A stretch of 61,900 nucleotides of DNA, counting the filler, from Candidatus Zapsychrus exili (GTDB taxonomy: Bacteria; Omnitrophota; Gorgyraeia; Zapsychrales; Zapsychraceae), in assembly GCA_030765585.1 (NCBI GenBank). It is 7 parts of 7 records of this genome, joined end to end, with 100 filler letters (N's around TTAATTAATTAA, not from the genome) between each part and the next. Parts side by side here need not be neighbours in the genome. Positions count along the whole stretch, not along the records: positions 33,012 to 51,805 come from JAVCCJ010000005.1; positions 51,906 to 54,689 come from JAVCCJ010000036.1; positions 54,790 to 58,472 come from JAVCCJ010000123.1; 4 more parts are not named here. One strand, 5' to 3'. The position numbers and the translations under genes are program-made. Of this stretch, positions 46,752 to 57,283 are shown piece after piece (within the stretch, counting starts at the first letter, position 1; each line of letters begins with the position of its first letter). The notes under the pieces are model-generated. The model searched no databases. It saw only the letters and a program-made list of their open reading frames with translations, and was not told the origin of the DNA.

Positions 46752-48250
46752 ACGGATTAGATAATTATCTAGTAACAATCGAAGTAGACGTTTCAAGCGG
46801 ATTACCAGGAACTGCCATTGTTGGTCTACCCGACAATGCAATCAAAGAAAGCAAAGATAGATTTCGCGCTGCAGTCAAGAATAGTGGCTATAAATTCTTA
46901 TCAAAACGAACAACTATAAATTTATCTCCTGCTGACATAAAAAAAGAAGGTCCTTCTTTTGATCTTGCTATATGTTTAGGATACTTAGCTGCCTCAAAAC
47001 AAATTAATGGCGACGGATTAAAAGACTTCGCCATATTAGGAGAAGTTTCCTTAGATGGAAGAATACTTCCTGTTAGCGGAGCTTTATCTGCTGCACTATC
47101 AGTAAGAAAAAGCCCTTTTAAAGGAATTATAGTTCCATTTGATAATGCTCACGAGGCAGCGATTTGCGAATCTATTAAAATTTATCCTGTCAAAACTCTA
47201 AATGAGGTTATATTTTTCTTAAGCAATCCCGATGCAATTAATCCTTTTAAAGACAATAGCGAAAAGAAAGAAACACTAAATAAATACAATATAGATTTTA
47301 AAGATGTAAAAGGTCAGCTCCACGTAAAAAGAGGATTAGAAATTGCTGCAGCAGGTGGACACAATGTACTTATGATAGGACCTCCTGGAAGCGGCAAAAG
47401 TATGTTGGCCAAAAGAGTGTCAACAATACTCCCCAATATGACTTTCGACGAAACGCTTGAAATTACAAGAATTCACTCTGCGATGGGGTTGGTTAAACCC
47501 AGTCAAAGTATAATGAATACAAGACCTTTTCGCTCTCCTCACCATACTACCTCTTCTATTGCTATTGTTGGCGGCGGATCATATCCAAAACCTGGAGAAA
47601 TAACTTTAAGTCACAACGGAATTCTTTTCTTAGATGAACTTCCTGAATTTAATAGAAGCGTGCTTGAATCTTTGCGCCAACCTTTAGAAGATTATAAGGT
47701 AACAATATCTCGTGCAAATAAGTCGCTACAATTCCCCTCAAAATTTATGCTAGTTTGTGCGATGAACCCTTGCCCATGCGGGTGGTTTACAGAACCAAAA
47801 AAAGAATGTCATTGTTCGCCAGCTCAAATTCAAAGATATTTATCTAAGATATCTGGTCCATTATTAGATAGAATAGACCTGCATTTAGAAGTGCCTGCGG
47901 TATCGTACTCTGCTCTTTTGTCTGAAAACCAAGCTGAATCGTCGAGCAAGATAAAAGAACGTACCGTTGCCGCACGTACAATACAAGAAAAACGTTTTAA
48001 AAATACCGAAATATTATCAAATGCCCATATGAACCATAATCAATTAAAAGAATTCTGCTCTCTTGGCGAAGAATGTAAAAACTTAATAAGAAAAGCTATT
48101 GAAGAACTAGGATTTTCTGCTCGCGCGTATGACAAAATCTTAAAGATTGCACGCACAATAGCAGATTTAGATACGCAAAATGAAATATTAGAAGAACATA
48201 TTACAGAAGCTATTCAATATAGGTCATTAGATAGAGACTGGTGGGGATAA
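46721..48250 (+). CDS. comM: YifB/ComM Mg-chelatase-like AAA+ ATPase
   Basis: IVGLPD, GPPGSGKS, FRSPHH, LFLDELPEF, SGPLLDRID. Confidence 0.93.
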   Translation: MLAKTYSYGINGLDNYLVTIEVDVSSGLPGTAIVGLPDNAIKESKDRFRAAVKNSGYKFLSKRTTINLSPADIKKEGPSFDLAICLGYLAASKQINGDGLKDFAILGEVSLDGRILPVSGALSAALSVRKSPFKGIIVPFDNAHEAAICESIKIYPVKTLNEVIFFLSNPDAINPFKDNSEKKETLNKYNIDFKDVKGQLHVKRGLEIAAAGGHNVLMIGPPGSGKSMLAKRVSTILPNMTFDETLEITRIHSAMGLVKPSQSIMNTRPFRSPHHTTSSIAIVGGGSYPKPGEITLSHNGILFLDELPEFNRSVLESLRQPLEDYKVTISRANKSLQFPSKFMLVCAMNPCPCGWFTEPKKECHCSPAQIQRYLSKISGPLLDRIDLHLEVPAVSYSALLSENQAESSSKIKERTVAARTIQEKRFKNTEILSNAHMNHNQLKEFCSLGEECKNLIRKAIEELGFSARAYDKILKIARTIADLDTQNEILEEHITEAIQYRSLDRDWWG

Positions 48251-48288
48251 AACAAATGCGGAAATAAAATATAATTATAGTCAGAAAA

Positions 48289-48906
48289 TTATATTTCGCT
48301 AAGCAATGCTCTTATATCTTCTTCTATTGCAGAAAAATCTTTATTCAGAAATCGTTCTTTCTTAAATATACTTGCACCAAATGCAACAGCATCTGCCCCG
48401 CAATCAAAGAACTCTTTTATGTTATTTTTATTCACTCCTCCGCAAGCAAAAAGCTTAATCTTATTAAGAGGGGCTTTTACTTCTTTAAGATAAGAAGGTC
48501 CAAAAAACTTAGAAGGAAAAACCTTAACCATTGTCGCGCCAGCTTCGGCAGCTTTAAATATCTCTTGCGGAGTAAATGCTCCTGGAAAGACTGGTATTTT
48601 GTTTTTAACGCAAGATTTAACTACGTCGTCAACTAATATAGGAGAAACAATAAATTCAGCGCCAGAACAAAGAGCTTTATTTAAATCATCTAAATTCAAA
48701 ACTGTTCCTGCTCCAACATTTAATCTGCCGCCGGAGGCCTTAACCATTTTATTAATTAAAACATCCGCCCCGTCTGTATTCATTGTAATCTCAATATTCT
48801 TAAGTCCAGCCGAAATAACACATTCTACTAAGGGCTCTATTACATCCTCTTTAATACCACGCAAAATTCCGACTACAGGATATTTATTGAAATCCAAAAT
48901 ATCCAT
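48289..48906 (-). CDS. eda: KDPG/KHG aldolase
   Basis: EITM, GAGTVL, FIVSP, TPQE, VKVFP, GGV. Confidence 0.9.
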   Translation of the reverse strand: MDILDFNKYPVVGILRGIKEDVIEPLVECVISAGLKNIEITMNTDGADVLINKMVKASGGRLNVGAGTVLNLDDLNKALCSGAEFIVSPILVDDVVKSCVKNKIPVFPGAFTPQEIFKAAEAGATMVKVFPSKFFGPSYLKEVKAPLNKIKLFACGGVNKNNIKEFFDCGADAVAFGASIFKKERFLNKDFSAIEEDIRALLSEI

Positions 48907-48908
48907 CG

Positions 48909-49859
48909 CTACTCCATACCCACGCTTACCAGAGTTTCATAAAACTCTCTATAATCTTCCTTCTTTATACTATTACGAAGAGCCATTGCAGCGCGAGGAT
49001 GCTCATTAAGCATACCAGAAATAGCATAAGGCAAAATATATCCCCACTCTACTTTATTTTTTAAAGGAACAAATTCTTTTGATATTAAATCTAAAATAGG
49101 ACGTATGTCAAATTTTGGATTCTTTAAAAATCCCATTAAAAGTTCTAAAGTACAATTTCCGGCAGCACGTCCAATACCATAAACAGTTGCATCCAAATAA
49201 TTAACTCCGTGGATAATAGACTCTATCGTATTAGAAAAAGCGAGTTGCTGATTATTGTGCCCATGAAATCCAAGCTCTTTTGTTTTTATAAACTTTCTAT
49301 ATTGCTTTGCAAGTTGCTCAATATTTTCTTGATAAAAATAACCGAAGCTATCTACTATATAGATAACATCTGCTTTTGATTCTTTTTCAATTTGCTCAAG
49401 TGCCTCTTCTAACTCCGACGTCTGAGCACGTGAAATAGCCATTATATTAATTGTCGTCTCGTATCCCATACTAGAAAATTGATTAACCATAACAATTGCT
49501 TTATCAATATCTTTCACATAAGCTGCTACTCTTATCATATCAATTGGACTTTCTTTCGCCGGCCTTATATCATCCATATCAACGCGACCAATATCAGCCA
49601 TAACAGCTATTTTCGTCTTAGACTCTATACCGTCTACAACTTTCTCTATATCCTCATCTTTACAAAATTTCCAAGGACCAAAATCCTTAGGATTAAAAAG
49701 CTTATCTGAATTTTTATACCCTATCTCCATATAATCAATTCCAGCAAGCGATATAGCTTTGTATGTTTCTCTTACAAATCTATAGTCGAAACCATGATCA
49801 TTTACAAGTCCACCATCCCTAATTGTACAATCCAATACTTTTATTTCTTCTCTAAACAT
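48909..49859 (-). CDS. HMGL-like (DRE-TIM) aldolase
   Basis: LDCTIRDGG, GFHGHNN, GIGRAAGN. Confidence 0.85.
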   Translation of the reverse strand: MFREEIKVLDCTIRDGGLVNDHGFDYRFVRETYKAISLAGIDYMEIGYKNSDKLFNPKDFGPWKFCKDEDIEKVVDGIESKTKIAVMADIGRVDMDDIRPAKESPIDMIRVAAYVKDIDKAIVMVNQFSSMGYETTINIMAISRAQTSELEEALEQIEKESKADVIYIVDSFGYFYQENIEQLAKQYRKFIKTKELGFHGHNNQQLAFSNTIESIIHGVNYLDATVYGIGRAAGNCTLELLMGFLKNPKFDIRPILDLISKEFVPLKNKVEWGYILPYAISGMLNEHPRAAMALRNSIKKEDYREFYETLVSVGME

Positions 49860-49925
49860 TTTTATCCCCTAAATAATGATTCTAAATTTATCCCAACTTC
49901 TTACGAAAAAAGTTAAGATATAATT

Positions 49926-50183
49926 TTATTGTGTTATTACTTCTTCCTTTACCTTTTCTGTCCCTAATTCTAAACTTAAAATATTAGAAATTTTTAAAGA
50001 AATTTTAACAAAAGAATATCCTAAAGCAAATATTAAAATTCCCACAATTATATGAGAAATCTCTCCATAAATAATGTCGACATAAATAACCAATAACCCT
50101 AAAAATATAGGTAGAAGCCCACTTATATAGCAAGTTTTGCTTAAATTTTCTAAAGCTTTAATATTTTCTGCTTTCATATGCAC
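49926..50183 (-). CDS. Small two-TM hypothetical protein
   Basis: Two hydrophobic helices; AGGAG RBS. Confidence 0.6.
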   Translation of the reverse strand: MHMKAENIKALENLSKTCYISGLLPIFLGLLVIYVDIIYGEISHIIVGILIFALGYSFVKISLKISNILSLELGTEKVKEEVITQ

Positions 50184-50224
50184 CTTCTCCTTTTTAACTA
50201 AGTTATCTCACAGCTATCAACCGT

Positions 50225-50708
50225 TTATCGTTTATCATAAAATCTAGCTGCGGCTTTTAGTATATCAATTTCAGTCACAACTCCACACAACTTTGATTCA
50301 TCATCAACTACTGATATACATTTATGTTGGTTATGTATCACCCTTATCAAAGCATCTCCGATAGAATCATCAGCTTTCATACAAATAGGATCTTTTATCA
50401 TAACGTGTTTCAAAATAATAGTATTTAACATATCACAATCATAGTACCAAGTGCCATCCATAAGCTTTCTTGGAGAATGTATTTTATAAAGCTCCCTTTG
50501 GGGTCATAAGACCAACTAGCTTATTTGAATCATCAACAACAGGGAGATGTCTTATATGGTATTCAGCCATCTTCTTTGGAACTTCGACAAAAGGCTCATT
50601 TTTATTTATAGATATAACTTGCTCAGTCATTATTCTTCTTAATTTACTCTCTCTAAGAAGAATCCTTATATCAGTTATATCTGCAAACTCTTTATCATTA
50701 TTATCCAT
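50225..50708 (-). pseudogene. CBS-pair protein split by a +1 frameshift
   Basis: ORFs 50484-50708 and 50225-50461 join (LMT-QRELYKIHSPRKL-MDGTW) if one base of the G4 run at ~50500-50503 is removed. Confidence 0.75.
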
Positions 50709-50782
50709 AAGATATCCTTTTTACTATTGTGACGATATTCTACAGTGAAAATAGGCACTTAACAAGACAAAATTATCTTGTA

Positions 50783-51805
50783 CTAATACCCTTTATTGCT
50801 AAGAGCGCCTATAAGCTGACTATTAAATATACCTTTCTTTTTAAGCTCCTCTATATAATAAGAAGCAGCCTTATAGTCTTCATTATTATAATAATACATA
50901 GCTAAATATTTATAAGCTTCAACATATTTGGCATTAAGAACAATGGTCTTCTTCCACAACTCTGCTGCCTGCTCTTGCTTGCCTTGACTATAATACAATA
51001 AACCTAAATTAAAGTGCACATTATCGTATGTTGGGTTTATTTTAATTTCTCTTTTATATTCTCTTTCAGCCTCATTAAGCATCTTCTTTTTAAAATAAAT
51101 AAGACCTAAATTATTATGCGCCATTGCCTCATAAGGATTAAGCTTAAGCGCTTCATTATATTCTATGATTGAATTATCAAAATCTCCGTCTAAGTACAGC
51201 ATCGCACCTAAATTACGATGAGCTAAAGGAGAATGTGGCGAAGTTTTAACCGCAGCTCGCCAAAAAGTCATTCTATTATTAAATATGTCACTATACCTAA
51301 AAGTAATAAAAGAAAAAAGTACAACAACAGATGCAAAAGCAATTAAATGCTTCTTTCGGCTACTTTCATAGTTTTTAATAAAATCAATCTCAGAAAAAAG
51401 TATTATACATCCTAAAAGAGGTATATATAAACGGTACTCGTGTTTTAAAAAGCTTATTACCAAGGAGGGAGCAAGAAAGAGGAAGAACCACGCAACTCCA
51501 AATAAAATATAATTCATTCTTTTCTTTTTAGACAATAAAAGCGCTACAAAAACTGCTACAATCGCAATAATCCCATACCATATTTTTATATCACGAAGTA
51601 TCGGTAGTCCAGATAGATTAAAAGGCAGCACAACTTTCCCAAAATAAGAAATAAAAGCAGGGGAATTCTTAAATACAGATTCGATTGCTGTGCCTAAATC
51701 AATACTCCTAGCAGATACAAGTGCTTTTGATTTTAAGACAAACCATACAGCAAATGATGCAAACCATCCAAAGAATATTAAAAAATAATCTATATTCCCC
51801 TTCCT
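50783..51805 (-). CDS. Membrane protein with C-terminal TPRs (TMTC-like), 5' truncated
   Basis: TM segments, EYRLYIP, AHNNLG TPR repeats. Confidence 0.8.
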   Translation of the reverse strand, partial: RKGNIDYFLIFFGWFASFAVWFVLKSKALVSARSIDLGTAIESVFKNSPAFISYFGKVVLPFNLSGLPILRDIKIWYGIIAIVAVFVALLLSKKKRMNYILFGVAWFFLFLAPSLVISFLKHEYRLYIPLLGCIILFSEIDFIKNYESSRKKHLIAFASVVVLFSFITFRYSDIFNNRMTFWRAAVKTSPHSPLAHRNLGAMLYLDGDFDNSIIEYNEALKLNPYEAMAHNNLGLIYFKKKMLNEAEREYKREIKINPTYDNVHFNLGLLYYSQGKQEQAAELWKKTIVLNAKYVEAYKYLAMYYYNNEDYKAASYYIEELKKKGIFNSQLIGALSNKGY

Positions 51806-51905
51806 NNNNNNNNNNNNNNNNNNNNNNNNNNNNNNNNNNNNNNNNNNNNTTAATTAATTAANNNNNNNNNNNNNNNNNNNNNNNNNNNNNNNNNNNNNNN
51901 NNNNN
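51806..51905. other. Artificial contig linker
   Basis: N run + TTAATTAATTAA + N run. Confidence 0.98.
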
Positions 51906-52313
51906 GGGTTTCTTTGCTAAAGCTACAAAAGCTGTCGAATATGCGGTTTCTTGACCTGTTACTGACCAGGCTTCAATAAAAGGATACGCACTAATAACTA
52001 CGTAATAATTACCATTACCTGCTCCATTAATTCTAAATGCATATTGAACATCCTCCCAAATAACCATATCATTTGCCCAGTAACGGGCAGGGCTATAAAC
52101 AAACCACTCTATAAATTCCACATCATATGCTCTAGATAATAAAGATGTTGGTAATAAATTCTGTTCTTTAAATAATGGATAAAGGCCAGTGATGTTTTTA
52201 TCTGTATCTTCATTAAATAGTGACTTACCCATATAACGTGCTAAATAAAAAACGACGAGCATTTTTAAACTTGAAGCCCAATGTTTGGGGTATAGTCTTT
52301 TCCTGTTAATCAT
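51906..52313 (-). CDS. Hypothetical protein, 3' truncated
   Basis: Open frame to the contig edge; no motif recognised. Confidence 0.4.
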
Positions 52314-52567
52314 ATCATTTTACACCCGTAAATCCTAATGAGCAAGAAAATTTCAAAATATGCCGCAATTTAGTGAACGTGTTTATGCACATAAAAGGGT
52401 GTGGCTTGGGGGGATATGGTGTCCATATCATATAGTGACTATATAAGATTAATAATCCTTAAAAGTCCTTAAAGGTGATTAAAGTAGAGAATCTACGTAA
52501 GTTGTTTATGGGATATGTAATTAGAACAATTGTATAGGGTTAGGGAAATTGCCTTGGTCGGTTCCAA

Positions 52568-52601
52568 AAACTGGTGCTCTATCCATCTGAGCTACAGGCG
52601 C
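52568..52601 (-). pseudogene. 5' half of a tRNA (Arg-like); no T arm or 3' acceptor strand
   Basis: GCGCCTGTAGCTCAGATGGATAGAGCACCAGTTT on the minus strand. Confidence 0.65.
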
Positions 52602-52734
52602 ACTATTTATAAACTTTTGGATTGCCTTCTAGTAGTACACATCCACACATTTTACACTTCTTTATTTCTTTTATCTTACCCCTTTTAAAACACAAAAGCA
52701 ACCCATCTCTGGAATTATTACTTTTGTCTTCTTG

Positions 52735-53151
52735 TCACTGTAAACGATTCTTTATATCGGCAACCTGCTTAGAAAGTTGTTCTATTGAAGACTCAAGGGC
52801 TTCAATCCTACTTTCAATTTTAACCAAACGATTTAATACGCCTGCAAGTATCCCAGAAATCTTGTCCATTTTTCTTCCAATATAACTATCCAATCCTTCA
52901 GGCTCAATCATTCAGCCGTAATACACGAATTTCCTATCTTCGGCTGCACTTATTTTCAGCGTTCCCACAGTACGCACCCCTGTTTCTTTATTGTAAGTAG
53001 TTTCAGATATATCAACTTGTCCGTCTCCACCGAGGTCAAGTGCATAAATAGTACGATTTGAGAACACAACAACGGATATAACCAATATCGTTATAATTAA
53101 TATTCTATAACTTTTCATCCTCAACCTTGCGCTTTTAATCTCTTTGTTCAT
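52735..53151 (-). pseudogene. Secreted/coiled-coil hypothetical protein interrupted by an in-frame TGA (or two abutting ORFs)
   Basis: 79-aa signal-peptide ORF ends TGA at 52912-52914; the same frame continues MIEPEGLDSYIGRKMD..IESRIEALESSIEQL..LQ*. Confidence 0.45.
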
Positions 53152-53189
53152 AGTCTCTCAATAAAATCACTTTTAGCACATCTAGCATA

Positions 53190-53582
53190 TTAACAGGATT
53201 TGGAGTATCGTTTGCAATCTGACTCATCTCGGTAAGCACTGCCCATCTTCTCTTCTTCACTTTCAAAACCTTTTTTCGCATTTTTGGTATTAAATTCAGC
53301 CATATCCATCGAAAACATGAACTTCTTAAAAACACCTCTTGATTCATTATCCAAGCTGCATTTAAATACTATTATGCCAAAGACCAAAGCTAAAATTAAA
53401 AGCACCCATGTTACTAACATAAAAATCTCTATTGTTGTGCCAAAGTATTGCGTAAACGCTATAGAAATGCCTAACAATGTTGCTTGAATAGTCATTAACG
53501 CTATCCAAAAAGTCCTTTCATAACTAGTTATATCGCTTACTGATTTTTCAAACTTTTGCATATTTTCGTCTTGATAATTCAA
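53190..53582 (-). CDS. Two-TM hypothetical protein, possibly degraded at the 3' end
   Basis: Two hydrophobic helices; overlapping alternative-frame ORF 53135-53347. Confidence 0.5.
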   Translation of the reverse strand: MNYQDENMQKFEKSVSDITSYERTFWIALMTIQATLLGISIAFTQYFGTTIEIFMLVTWVLLILALVFGIIVFKCSLDNESRGVFKKFMFSMDMAEFNTKNAKKGFESEEEKMGSAYRDESDCKRYSKSC

Positions 53583-53595
53583 CCAAATTTTCTCT

Positions 53596-54689
53596 TCATT
53601 TTACATATTTCTTATTGTGGTTTCGGTTGCTATCTAGGAGTATTTGTTGTATTTTACTTTTATTTAACACATCTCGCATAAATATTTTAGACCCCTCTAA
53701 ACTAAGATGAACACCATCCCTAAAAAGTTTTCTGGGGTATTTATCTCTATATTTCAACATAGCATCATAAAAGCATGCATCCTCCCGCCTTGCTATCTGT
53801 AAAAGCTTATTCCTGAACACAGTCATCTTCTCGTAAGAACCATTGTCACGTGAAATGGCTTGAAAAACAGTAGGGTGGTAAGGCATGAGAACAAGAACTG
53901 GTGCAGAGCCGACCTCTTTAATATCTCTTAAAAGTTTTTCTAGTTTTTGAAACTCGGTATTATTAGCAGGTGCCCAGTGTCTCCAAGCATTTGTTGCCCC
54001 TATTGAAATATATAATGCCTTTGATTCTAAAGCATTTTCGTCAATTTCATCTATTCTTTTTGGATATACTTTGGAAAATGATCGCGTTTTACCACCCGTG
54101 TTTTCCAAGGCCGAATAGATATCGCATTCTTTTACTACCTCAAAGCCTTTTGTTTTTTCTTGAAAAATCATAACTCTAAAAGACTCTATTGTTGTTTCAA
54201 GGGATAAAAGATCTTTAAGATTTAATTGTATTTTTAATATGCAAGGCAATATTGATCCTTGCATATTAAAGAAACGGGAATAATATTTCTGTAGCGATAT
54301 CCAGCTTTTTGATTGCGAGGAACAAAGGGACTGAAATTCAACACACACAATAACTATGTCCGGTATCTTTTTATAATCTTTAATAAGTTGCCAAATAGCT
54401 ATGTAATCATTAATGTTCCCTGCGGTCACTCCTAAATTTAAAAATTCTGACCTATCAATAAAAGCTAGCATTTCAGGTTGAAAATTTAATACATAGCTAC
54501 CACCAAGCACACATATCCTAGGCTTAGAAACATATTCCATATAATTTTCTATTAAGACCCTGTCATTATAATTTGTCGGTGTACACAATGCAAGATCATT
54601 AGATTCTGCAAGTTTTTTCAACTTAGGGCGTATTGTATGAATGCTGTATCTATAATTAGGGTCTACTCTATAATTAAACAAAGCTAGAC
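53596..54689 (-). CDS. SGNH-hydrolase-like protein, 5' truncated
   Basis: VLGGS, NLGV.AG and D..H (RDGVHL) blocks. Confidence 0.6.
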
Positions 54690-54789
54690 NNNNNNNNNNN
54701 NNNNNNNNNNNNNNNNNNNNNNNNNNNNNNNNNTTAATTAATTAANNNNNNNNNNNNNNNNNNNNNNNNNNNNNNNNNNNNNNNNNNNN
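54690..54789. other. Artificial contig linker
   Basis: N run + TTAATTAATTAA + N run. Confidence 0.98.
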
Positions 54790-55638
54790 CATTAATGAAA
54801 GATATTTGATCCTTCCTAAAGAGGTAAAGGCAATAACTCGCCCTTTCTTACCTTTTACATATTGATCAATAAGCTTAACAATAATCTTTCCATCCATATC
54901 GCAGTTCGGTTTTGTGAAAATAACTTTCAGATCCTTAAATTTATCCAATGCTGATAAAATTTGCTCAAATTGCTCCTTAGAAGTATTATTCTCTAGCGTC
55001 ACCGGATGAAATGTAACAAGCGCCACTTTGCCGTTGAGCTTAAAACCTAACTCTTTTTCCAGATCTTTTTTGAAAAATAATTTTGTCCGCTTTATGTTAT
55101 CGATACCTAAGGCGCCAACATTAAATACAGTCCTAGGATTTTCCCCAAGCTGAATTACTCTCTGGCGATGTTCCTTTGCAGAGGTAAAATGCAAAAGGCT
55201 CATTTTAGTAATAGCATGCCGGATGGCATCATCCATGGCACCTTGTGTAATTTCTCCGCCATGTAGATGTGCAATAGGGATCCTTGCAAAAAACGCCGCG
55301 ATGGCGGCAGCATATGTTTCATATCTATCCCCCAAAAGGACAACCATGTCTGGCTTTAATCGCTTAAACACCGCCGCTAATCCAATTACGCCTATGCCCA
55401 ATGATCTTGAGATACCTTCGGCGGTGTCATCCTCCAAAGGAATCTTGACTTTTTCAGAAATCTTAAAACCATCGCGTAATATTTCTTTATAAGTTAATCC
55501 ATAAGCAGAAGACAGATGCATGCCCGTCACAAGAATTTGCAGATGAAACACCGAATCTTTTTTTATCTCTTTCAATAAGGGATAAAATAATCCGTATTCT
55601 GCGCGACTTCCTGTGACAATGCAGATCTTCTTTTTCAT
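54790..55638 (-). CDS. neuC: UDP-GlcNAc 2-epimerase (hydrolysing), 3' truncated
   Basis: VTGSRAEYG, TGMHLS, LGDRYE, HLHGGE, TFHPVT. Confidence 0.93.
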
Positions 55639-56639
55639 AGTCTCACCAACTCATCTGGCTTAAAGTCCTTTTTCGCCTGACGCCCAATCACTTGATCCCA
55701 TTTCATCGGACTTATACCCGTTCCGAGGCGCTTGGCCGCAATATTATACTCTGAAAACAGATCACCTTTTCTGATCGCACTCGAGGCGACAATACTTTTT
55801 CTTACGACTTTCATATTTTTAAATTCAGATTGTGAAGGTTTTTTGATGCCATGACCTAAAGCAATTTCAATATTGCGAATAGCATTCACCATGTGTTTTA
55901 ATTCACCAGGCTCAAGACTTGCTTTATGATCAGGACCGGGCATATTTTTATCAAGAGTAAGGTGTTTCTCGATCACGGTCGCACCGAGTGCTGTTGCCGC
56001 GATTGCCGTCTCTATCCCTAAAGTATGATCAGAATAACCGACTTTAACTCCCAATTTATTCTTCATGGTAAGCATCGCAGATAAATTTACATCCTTAAAA
56101 GGGGTTGGATACTCAGTATTACAGTGTAAAACTACAATATTTTTCTTTTTTGTACCACTTTTTACTAAAATATCTAGTGCTTCTTTTACTTCGGCTAGCG
56201 AAGACATCCCCGTGGACATAATAATCTTTTTGTGCAAAGATCCGATCTTGCGCAAAAAAGGTAAATTGGTTATTTCACCGGAAGGTATTTTAAATATTCT
56301 TAACCCCAAATGCGCTAAAAGATCAATGCTTTCTAAATCAAATGGCGAGGAAAGAAACATGATCTTTTTTGTTCGACAGTATCTTATCAATTCCTTGTGA
56401 GCGCTTAAGTCCAATTCTAACTTCCTTATCATCTCCAATTGGCTTTCATCCTTACCCGCAGCATTCTTCTGGTACATAGCCTTAGGCGCAAATTTAGATA
56501 CTAACGACTGCGCATTGAAAGTCTGAAACTTAATGGCGTCTGCACCAGCTTTTGCGGCGGCATCAACCATTTTCTTTGCGATTTTAAGAGAACCATTATG
56601 ATTAACTCCGGCCTCAGCAATAACAAAAACCTTAGACAT
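55635..56639 (-). CDS. neuB: Nonulosonic acid synthase (NeuB/LegI)
   Basis: IAEAGVNHNG, KFQTF, KIPSGEITN, GYSDHT, IEKH, SAF tail; start moved to MSKVF. Confidence 0.95.
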   Translation of the reverse strand: MSKVFVIAEAGVNHNGSLKIAKKMVDAAAKAGADAIKFQTFNAQSLVSKFAPKAMYQKNAAGKDESQLEMIRKLELDLSAHKELIRYCRTKKIMFLSSPFDLESIDLLAHLGLRIFKIPSGEITNLPFLRKIGSLHKKIIMSTGMSSLAEVKEALDILVKSGTKKKNIVVLHCNTEYPTPFKDVNLSAMLTMKNKLGVKVGYSDHTLGIETAIAATALGATVIEKHLTLDKNMPGPDHKASLEPGELKHMVNAIRNIEIALGHGIKKPSQSEFKNMKVVRKSIVASSAIRKGDLFSEYNIAAKRLGTGISPMKWDQVIGRQAKKDFKPDELVRL

Positions 56640-57279
56640 TCTTTTTTCTTTCTTTACATGGATTACCATAAGCAATCATATTCTTACGGATATCTTTTGT
56701 AACAACGCTTCCCGCCCCAACAATCACGTTTGCGCCTATTTTCAAATTCTGAATAACCACGCTCCCCGTACCGACATGTGCACAATCTCCGATGGTGACG
56801 CCACCACTTAAAATCACACTAGGAGAAAGATGAACAAAATTGCCGATCTTACAATCATGCTCAATAATTGCTCCAGTGTTAATAATGCAGTTGTTTCCTA
56901 TACAAGTTTCGGCGTTAATGATAACTCCGGGGGCAACATAATTCCCTTGCCCTAAAATTGCAGAGGAAGATACCAGCGCGCTTGGACTGATTAAATTCGG
57001 AAAAACAAATCCTGCTTTTTCAGCAAGGTTAAACAGTTTAATACGCACATGAGGATTGCCTACGCTTCCTACGGAAATGAAACAATGCTTTATGCCTGAT
57101 TCGAAAGAATGCATTAAATCCGAATCAGTTCCAACAACCGAAACTCCCAAAACCTTTGTCTTAAGATTTTCTTTTAAATCAATAATACCTGCTACTTCAT
57201 ATTCTTTAATATTCCGGAGCAAATCCAAAACCACTTTACAATGCCCTCCTGCTCCAACAAGCAATATTTTATTTTTCAT
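56632..57279 (-). CDS. neuD: NeuD/PglD-family sugar acetyltransferase
   Basis: GAGGH plus hexapeptide repeats (INTGAIIEHDC), GNP. Confidence 0.88.
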   Translation of the reverse strand: MKNKILLVGAGGHCKVVLDLLRNIKEYEVAGIIDLKENLKTKVLGVSVVGTDSDLMHSFESGIKHCFISVGSVGNPHVRIKLFNLAEKAGFVFPNLISPSALVSSSAILGQGNYVAPGVIINAETCIGNNCIINTGAIIEHDCKIGNFVHLSPSVILSGGVTIGDCAHVGTGSVVIQNLKIGANVIVGAGSVVTKDIRKNMIAYGNPCKERKKNV

Positions 57280-57283
57280 AAAA

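Noticed and set aside
51906..54689. Alternative genetic code (TGA recoded) in contig 5
   Set aside because: The 361-aa gene is open in code 11, uses TGG for Trp and ends at TGA; only one degraded ORF has internal TGAs.
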